The notes beneath the pieces were generated by a model, which was not told the DNA's origin, did not search any database, and was given only the letters and a program-made list of their open reading frames with translations. A program made the position numbers and the translations under genes. A stretch of 20,000 nucleotides of DNA from the IMG/VR virus record IMGVR_UViG_2858656345_000001, one strand, 5' to 3'. Positions 15,506 through 20,000 of this stretch are shown here, piece after piece. The stretch is from an uncultured virus (IMG/VR IMGVR_UViG_2858656345_000001) (taxonomy: Duplodnaviria > Heunggongvirae > Uroviricota > Caudoviricetes). The first letter of the stretch is position 1, and each line of letters starts with the position of its first letter.

Positions 15506-15729
15506 TATTCCACCCCCCATACGTCTTTTATCCCGAAACGACGGAAGATTGCTTCAATCTCCATCGCCTCTGATACTTTCGGCTCTATGTGGCCGTTCAA
15601 CCGCTTAGACCAGCTGATACGGTTGTTTATGCCGATAGCCTTCATGATAAGCCCCCTGACTTCGTCCGCGTCTTTTTGTCGGACTTGCAAGAAGCCTTTT
15701 TTGAAAGAATACTTGTTGGTTTTATTCAT
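15505..15729 (-). CDS. Cro-like small DNA-binding protein
   Basis: First gene divergent from cI; basic, 74 aa; SWSKRLNGHIEPKVSEAMEI is XRE-like. Confidence 0.65.
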   Translation of the reverse strand: MNKTNKYSFKKGFLQVRQKDADEVRGLIMKAIGINNRISWSKRLNGHIEPKVSEAMEIEAIFRRFGIKDVWGVE

Positions 15730-15749
15730 ACTTATCTGAAAATTTTGCG

Positions 15750-15757
15750 TAGCTTTG
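15750..15757 (+). promoter_or_regulatory. Candidate -7 box of the cI promoter
   Basis: TAGCTTTG matches TAnnTTTG. No well-spaced -33 box seen. Confidence 0.4.
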
Positions 15758-15815
15758 AGGGCTACACTTGTTTGTTTTTTGCATCACAACTTCAAAGGTT
15801 GTGGCTTACACACTG

Positions 15816-15846
15816 CAAATATAGAATAAAGTTCAAAACAATGCAA
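15816..15846 (-). promoter_or_regulatory. Lytic (cro) promoter, Bacteroidetes type
   Basis: Minus-strand TATATTTG (15823-15816) with TTG 20 nt upstream (15846-15844). Confidence 0.65.
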
Positions 15847-15868
15847 CAATTTATAGAACAAATTTCAA
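15820..15868. promoter_or_regulatory. Two candidate repressor operators
   Basis: TATAGAATAAAGTTCAA (15820-15836) and TATAGAACAAATTTCAA (15852-15868) are 15/17 identical and 32 bp apart, each with a GAA-n5-TTC dyad. The first overlaps the lytic promoter and the second lies just upstream of it. Confidence 0.6.
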
Positions 15869-15875
15869 CGCCGGT

Positions 15876-16532
15876 ATGGAAAGAAAAATAGACAGATTCG
15901 ATAAGTTCCTGAAACACAAAGGAATAAATGATAATCAGGCGACTAAACTTTTGGGCTTTTCTACGGGGACTATTTCTAAATCGCGGGAAAAGGGGCGCGA
16001 TCTTTCAGACAGGAACGCGGAAAAAGCATTGAACTTTTTTCAAGACCTGTCGCGCGTTTGGCTCCTTACCGGCGTGGGAGAAATGATAAACAACCCCAAC
16101 CAACCGGCAGAAGCTAAGGATAATGATAGTACAGACGATGTGGCTATGGTTCCACTTCTCCCTATCGCAGCTCTTGCCGGCAGTCTGAGCGATTTCGCTG
16201 TATCGGTTATGTACTCCGATTGCGAGCAAGTAGTATCACCGATACGGGGTGCCGATTTGGCCATAACGGTAAGTGGTGAGAGCATGACACCGGAGTACCC
16301 GAACGGCTCTCAGATATTCATTAAGAGGATAAACGAAAAGGCATTTATCGAGTGGGGCCGCGTCTATGTCCTTGACACGGTGAACGGCAGTGTAGTAAAA
16401 AGGGTGTTTCCGTCCGATGATGAAAACAGAATCAAGTGCGTTTCAACGAATCCGGAATACCCGCCATTTGAGATAAACATGCAGGATGTGAACGGTATAT
16501 ACCGCGTGCTGCTGTGTATGAGCGTGAAATAG
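15876..16532 (+). CDS. cI: CI/LexA-like repressor (HTH plus S24 peptidase)
   Basis: N-terminal HTH ending WLLTGVGEM, Ala-Gly cleavage site in ALAGS, catalytic GESM and VVKRV. Confidence 0.9.
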   Translation: MERKIDRFDKFLKHKGINDNQATKLLGFSTGTISKSREKGRDLSDRNAEKALNFFQDLSRVWLLTGVGEMINNPNQPAEAKDNDSTDDVAMVPLLPIAALAGSLSDFAVSVMYSDCEQVVSPIRGADLAITVSGESMTPEYPNGSQIFIKRINEKAFIEWGRVYVLDTVNGSVVKRVFPSDDENRIKCVSTNPEYPPFEINMQDVNGIYRVLLCMSVK

Positions 16533-16549
16533 GATAATACCATACGAGT

Positions 16550-16840
16550 ATGAAAAACATCAAGAATATCAACCAGCAGGCTATCGAAATACAGCGGCGT
16601 TTTTTTGAGGCCATCGAGCTGGCTAAAACCCTTGAACGTACAAGCGGAATAAAGGAGTTTTGCATCACACACAACCTGAATAGAACTAAGTACTACAGGG
16701 TGAAGTCGCTATTGAATAAGCCACCGACTGAAATGCACTATAAGTCTATAGATATAGATGCGCTGCATTATTTGTGCCGCGACTTCGGCGTGTCCCCAAC
16801 GTGGCTGCTCCTTGGAAAGGGTGAGCTGAAAATACGATAA
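16550..16840 (+). CDS. Small XRE-like HTH protein
   Basis: IKEFCITHNLNRTKYY and LCRDFGVSPTWLLLGKG motifs. Confidence 0.7.
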   Translation: MKNIKNINQQAIEIQRRFFEAIELAKTLERTSGIKEFCITHNLNRTKYYRVKSLLNKPPTEMHYKSIDIDALHYLCRDFGVSPTWLLLGKGELKIR

Positions 16841-16844
16841 CGAC

Positions 16845-18113
16845 ATGGTTATCAAACGGAGCGTGAAATTCTTACTACATAAGCGGAAAGCCGGTGAAGC
16901 GGTTGGTCTCTCTATCCGGATGCGCGTAACGCTAAGAGGTGAACGCCCTTTCGATTTTCCGCTTGGACTAAAAGTTGATTCCGACAAATGGGATTCGGCT
17001 ACAGAGAGGGCTGTTGAGGGCACAAAGGAAGCAGACGAAATAAATAGAACCGTCGAAGAATACAGGACGAATATAAACGAAGTGTTTGCACGCTATGAGC
17101 TGTTGGAGAAGCGGATACCGACAGTGCAAGAAGTAAAGGACTTGTTTAACGATATGATAGGTAAGGCATCCTTGCTCGATGAGAGCGGAAAACTCGACCT
17201 TTGGAGTGTGTTCGACCTCTTTACAGAACAAGTCGGAAATAAGAACCAATGGGCGGCCTCCACGTTTCAGAAATTCCGCACACTCAGGCATCACCTGAAA
17301 GCATTTGCGCCAAACCTATCTTTCGCCTCTCTGTCGGACGAAAAAATGCAAGGGTTCGTTGATTATTATAGAAAAAAAGATTTCCGAAACACGACTATTT
17401 CGAAACAGCTTTCATTTTTGCGCTGGTTCTTGCGCTGGGCGGCTCAAAAAAGATATTACAACGGTGATCTGCACGACACATTCAAACCGAAACTGAAAGG
17501 GGTATCGGTCGATTCTAAGGAAATCATCTATCTTTCACAAGACGAGGTAAAGCAGCTTGAAGATTTCCATTTCCAACCGACGCAAGAAGCACTTGAGCGT
17601 GTCCGGGACGTGTTCCTGTTTCAGTGTTTCACGGGACTTAGATATTCAGACGTCGCGAAATTGAAGCGTTCTGACGTCAAAAGGGGTGTTATCCATGTAG
17701 TCACGAAAAAGACCGTGGATGGTCTTAGAATTGAGCTGAACAAGCATTCACAGGCTATTCTTGATAAGTACAAGGATTGCACATTTCCGAGCGACAAGGT
17801 TTTACCCGTTATCTCTAATGTGAAGATGAACGCGCACCTCAAAACGCTGGGGCAGGTTGTAGGGCTTGACGAACCTACGCGGATAGTCTTCTTCAAGGGC
17901 AATCAACGATACGAAGAGGTCTATCCGAAATGGTATCTCCTGACAACGCACGTTGGGCGACGTACCTTTGTCGTTACAGCCTTACAGCTCGGAATACCGG
18001 TAGAAGTTATTATGCGCTGGACTGGACACTCCAGCTTTGAGGCGATGAAGCCTTACGCAAAGATCGTGGACGAGTTGAAAGAAAAATCTATGGCCAAGTT
18101 CGATTCGCTGTGA
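16845..18113 (+). CDS. int: Prophage tyrosine integrase
   Basis: Bacteroidetes arm-binding N-terminus, TGLRYSD, HVGRRTF, WTGH and catalytic Tyr in MKPYAK. Confidence 0.95.
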   Translation: MVIKRSVKFLLHKRKAGEAVGLSIRMRVTLRGERPFDFPLGLKVDSDKWDSATERAVEGTKEADEINRTVEEYRTNINEVFARYELLEKRIPTVQEVKDLFNDMIGKASLLDESGKLDLWSVFDLFTEQVGNKNQWAASTFQKFRTLRHHLKAFAPNLSFASLSDEKMQGFVDYYRKKDFRNTTISKQLSFLRWFLRWAAQKRYYNGDLHDTFKPKLKGVSVDSKEIIYLSQDEVKQLEDFHFQPTQEALERVRDVFLFQCFTGLRYSDVAKLKRSDVKRGVIHVVTKKTVDGLRIELNKHSQAILDKYKDCTFPSDKVLPVISNVKMNAHLKTLGQVVGLDEPTRIVFFKGNQRYEEVYPKWYLLTTHVGRRTFVVTALQLGIPVEVIMRWTGHSSFEAMKPYAKIVDELKEKSMAKFDSL

Positions 18114-18115
18114 TA

Positions 18116-18247
18116 TGTACACGAATAAAGGGCACGAAGCAGACGCACACGAAAGTGTACACGAATTTATAATACTGATACGAAAGCTCGTGAAACAGTA
18201 TGATATTGAAAAAGCTGCAAAAACAAAGAATTGGCATCAAACGAAAT
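18116..18247 (+). repeat. Candidate integrase arm-type sites
   Basis: TGTACACGAAT at 18116-18126 and 18156-18166, with related ACGAA-containing copies near 18132, 18145, 18177 and 18239. Confidence 0.6.
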
Positions 18248-18270
18248 CACATGACAGCATGGTCTTGCTT

Positions 18271-18283
18271 CCTCTCTCTCCGC
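18271..18283 (+). other. att core: displaced 3' end of a tRNA-Ser gene
   Basis: CCTCTCTCTCCGC lies 157 bp after int. It resembles tRNA-Ser 3' ends and differs by one base from the NBU2 13-bp core as I recall it (CCTGTCTCTCCGC). No T-loop precedes it. Confidence 0.75.
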
Positions 18284-18341
18284 TGAAAACCTTTTCAAGT
18301 AGTCCGAAAGACATCTGAAAAGAAAATTACAAAAAACGGAT

Positions 18342-18380
18342 AAACGTCTTAATCATAAGCAATTAAGGCGTTTTTCTTTT
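18342..18380 (+). terminator. Rho-independent terminator-like hairpin after the att core
   Basis: AAACGTCTTAAT-cataagca-ATTAAGGCGTTT followed by TTCTTTT. Confidence 0.65.
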
Positions 18381-18443
18381 TAGAAAACTCCTACTTTCGG
18401 AAGAGATACTGAATAGGCGTATATTCCATAAATATGCCCTGGA

Positions 18444-18577
18444 TGGTTCCATTTTGGTTACAAAAAACGAAGAGGCTGAAATTTGTAACCACAGAAGACC
18501 TTCAGGCTATGTTTAGACGACAGATAAATATCTCTGTTTCAAAATAATATGTAGAACTTTGTAGCCGTATGGTTACA
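18444..18577. repeat. Candidate arm-type sites of the second integrase
   Basis: TGGTTCCA at 18444, TGGTTACA at 18455 and 18570, and inverted TGTAACCA at 18484. Confidence 0.55.
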
Positions 18578-18593
18578 CTAATTTTGAAACCAG

Positions 18594-19871
18594 ATGAAGA
18601 GTCAATTTCGTTCAGTTTTTTACCTGCGCAGCAATTACATTAACAAAGAAGGTAAAACTCCTGTCCTTATTCGTATTTATCTGAATAAGGAACGCCTGTC
18701 GTTGGGTTCGACAGGGCTGGCTGTTAATCCCATACAATGGGATTCAGAAAAAGAGAAAGTCAAAGGACATAGTGTAGAAGCACTTGAAGTCAATCGAAAG
18801 ATCGAAGAAATCAGGGCTGATATTCTGACCATTTACAAACGTTTGGATGTTACAGTGGAAGATTTGACGTTGGAGCGTATCAAATCGGAATATTTCGGTA
18901 CATCTGACACACTGACAAGTGTCATGGAATTATTCGAAAAACACAATAGCGATGTACGCGTTCAAGTAGGAATAACCAAAACAGTGGCAACCTTACAGAA
19001 ATATGAAAATTGTAAACGTCACTTCGAACAGTTTCTCAAAAGTAAATACAAGCGGACGGACCTGAAGTTTTCGGAGCTTACTCCGTTGATTATTCATAAT
19101 TTCGAACTATTTCTTTTGACTGTCGCCAAATGTCGCCCCAATACTTCAACAAAAATTTTGAAGTTTCTCAAGACCATAACCATTTATGGGCAGAAACATG
19201 GTTTTTTAGCACATGACCCATTTGCCAATAAGCGTTTTCATCTGGAAAATACGGACAGAGGATTTCTTACGGACGAAGAGATCAAGAAGTTAATTCACAA
19301 AGAAATGGCTTCTCCGAGACTGGATTTGGTTCGTGACATTTTTCTCTTTTCCTGTTTCACGGGTTTGGCATATATAGATGTGGCTAATCTTACCGAAGAC
19401 AATATTGTTGAGCTGGATGGTAGGAAATGGATCATGACTAAACGACAAAAAACAAATATAGCCACAAATATTCTTCTTCTTGAAATGCCTGGGATGATTC
19501 TCGAAAAGTATAGACCGGTAAGAAAAGAAAGGAAATTACTGCCTGTCATATCTAATCAGAAAATGAACGGTTACCTGAAGGAGATTGCCGATTTGTGCGG
19601 AATAAAGAAGCATTTAACCTTTCATATGGCCCGCCATACATTTGCCACGATGTCTTTGAGCAAAGGTGTTCCCATCGAATCCGTATCCAAAATGTTGGGA
19701 CACACTAACATTAGGACTACTCAAATTTATGCCCGTATCACCAATAAAAAGATAGAAGCCGATATGATCGCTCTCGGGGCCAAATTGGACATCTTTGAAC
19801 GTGAGGCCAAATCTGTAGTCGGAAATCGTAAATTGAAAGAAGAAATGGGAATACGAAGCTATTCCAAATGA
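18594..19871 (+). CDS. int: Bacteroidales site-specific tyrosine integrase of the second element
   Basis: Arm-binding and SAM-like domains, TGLAYID, KRQKT, HMARHTFAT and LGHTNIRTTQIY. Confidence 0.95.
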   Translation: MKSQFRSVFYLRSNYINKEGKTPVLIRIYLNKERLSLGSTGLAVNPIQWDSEKEKVKGHSVEALEVNRKIEEIRADILTIYKRLDVTVEDLTLERIKSEYFGTSDTLTSVMELFEKHNSDVRVQVGITKTVATLQKYENCKRHFEQFLKSKYKRTDLKFSELTPLIIHNFELFLLTVAKCRPNTSTKILKFLKTITIYGQKHGFLAHDPFANKRFHLENTDRGFLTDEEIKKLIHKEMASPRLDLVRDIFLFSCFTGLAYIDVANLTEDNIVELDGRKWIMTKRQKTNIATNILLLEMPGMILEKYRPVRKERKLLPVISNQKMNGYLKEIADLCGIKKHLTFHMARHTFATMSLSKGVPIESVSKMLGHTNIRTTQIYARITNKKIEADMIALGAKLDIFEREAKSVVGNRKLKEEMGIRSYSK

Positions 19872-19908
19872 TTTAGAGAATGATTCAAAAACAAGAATAA
19901 ATTATGAC

Positions 19909-20000
19909 ATGATGAAACAGGAAAAGAAAACCTTGTCGTATTACCGACTCAGGCTGGAAGTTTATCTGAAAGACTACCATCCGCAGTTGCTCAGTGACGA
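19909..20000 (+). CDS. DUF1896-like protein, N-terminus (partial)
   Basis: MMKQEKKTLSYYRLRLEVYLKDYHPQLLSD resembles the LSY..L.L..YL...HP motif of CTn-associated DUF1896. Confidence 0.6.
   Translation, partial: MMKQEKKTLSYYRLRLEVYLKDYHPQLLSD

Larger units (their letters stand above)
1..18283. mobile_element. Temperate prophage, right part (lysogeny, recombination, replication, start of packaging); continues beyond the left edge
   Basis: Ordered modules int-HTH-cI / cro-recT-rep-dnaC-ruvC-terS-terL, many ATGA/TAATG overlaps, and an att-like core just after the integrase. Confidence 0.95.
18284..20000. mobile_element. Left end of a second Bacteroidales integrative (mobilizable/conjugative) element
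   Basis: Visibly more AT-rich, with its own integrase, its own repeat motif (TGGTTACA) and a DUF1896-like gene. Confidence 0.75.

Noticed and set aside
18200..18290. Intact tRNA gene
   Set aside because: Only 13 nt of a 3' end is present. There is no GTTCGAAT T-loop or cloverleaf upstream.
18115..18318. 67-aa ORF after the integrase
   Set aside because: It spans the arm repeats and crosses the att junction, and has no protein-like features.

Overview
The window holds about 18.3 kb of a Bacteroidales-type temperate prophage, followed by the start of a second integrative element. Host class is inferred from protein families and TAnnTTTG promoter boxes. The prophage right end is a 13-bp att core, CCTCTCTCTCCGC (18271-18283), resembling a tRNA-Ser 3' end. 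Inward lie a tyrosine integrase, an XRE-like HTH protein and a CI/S24 repressor (+ strand). A long translationally coupled minus-strand operon follows: Cro-like, small membrane peptide, DUF3853, DUF3560, Rad50/SMC-like ATPase, RecT, Zn finger, MBL hydrolase, a stand-alone dsRNA-binding-domain protein, small MTase, DUF4494, replication initiator, DnaC-like loader, DUF4406-DnaA_C-like fusion, an octapeptide-repeat protein across an N gap, an internally deleted MTase, YopX, ASCH and a RuvC-like nuclease. A palindrome-rich intergenic region then precedes a ParB-domain protein, a TAGT/GREB1-like glycosyltransferase, TerS and TerL. TerL is missing from the ORF track because it runs off the left edge. 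Its Walker A is interrupted by an intein that starts with Gln and has a block-B Trp (class 3-like). Top leads are the packaging-linked glycosyltransferase with no visible substrate-forming enzyme, the phage dsRBD protein, the intein and tandem element stacking at one tRNA site. All family calls come from motif recognition by eye, not from searches.
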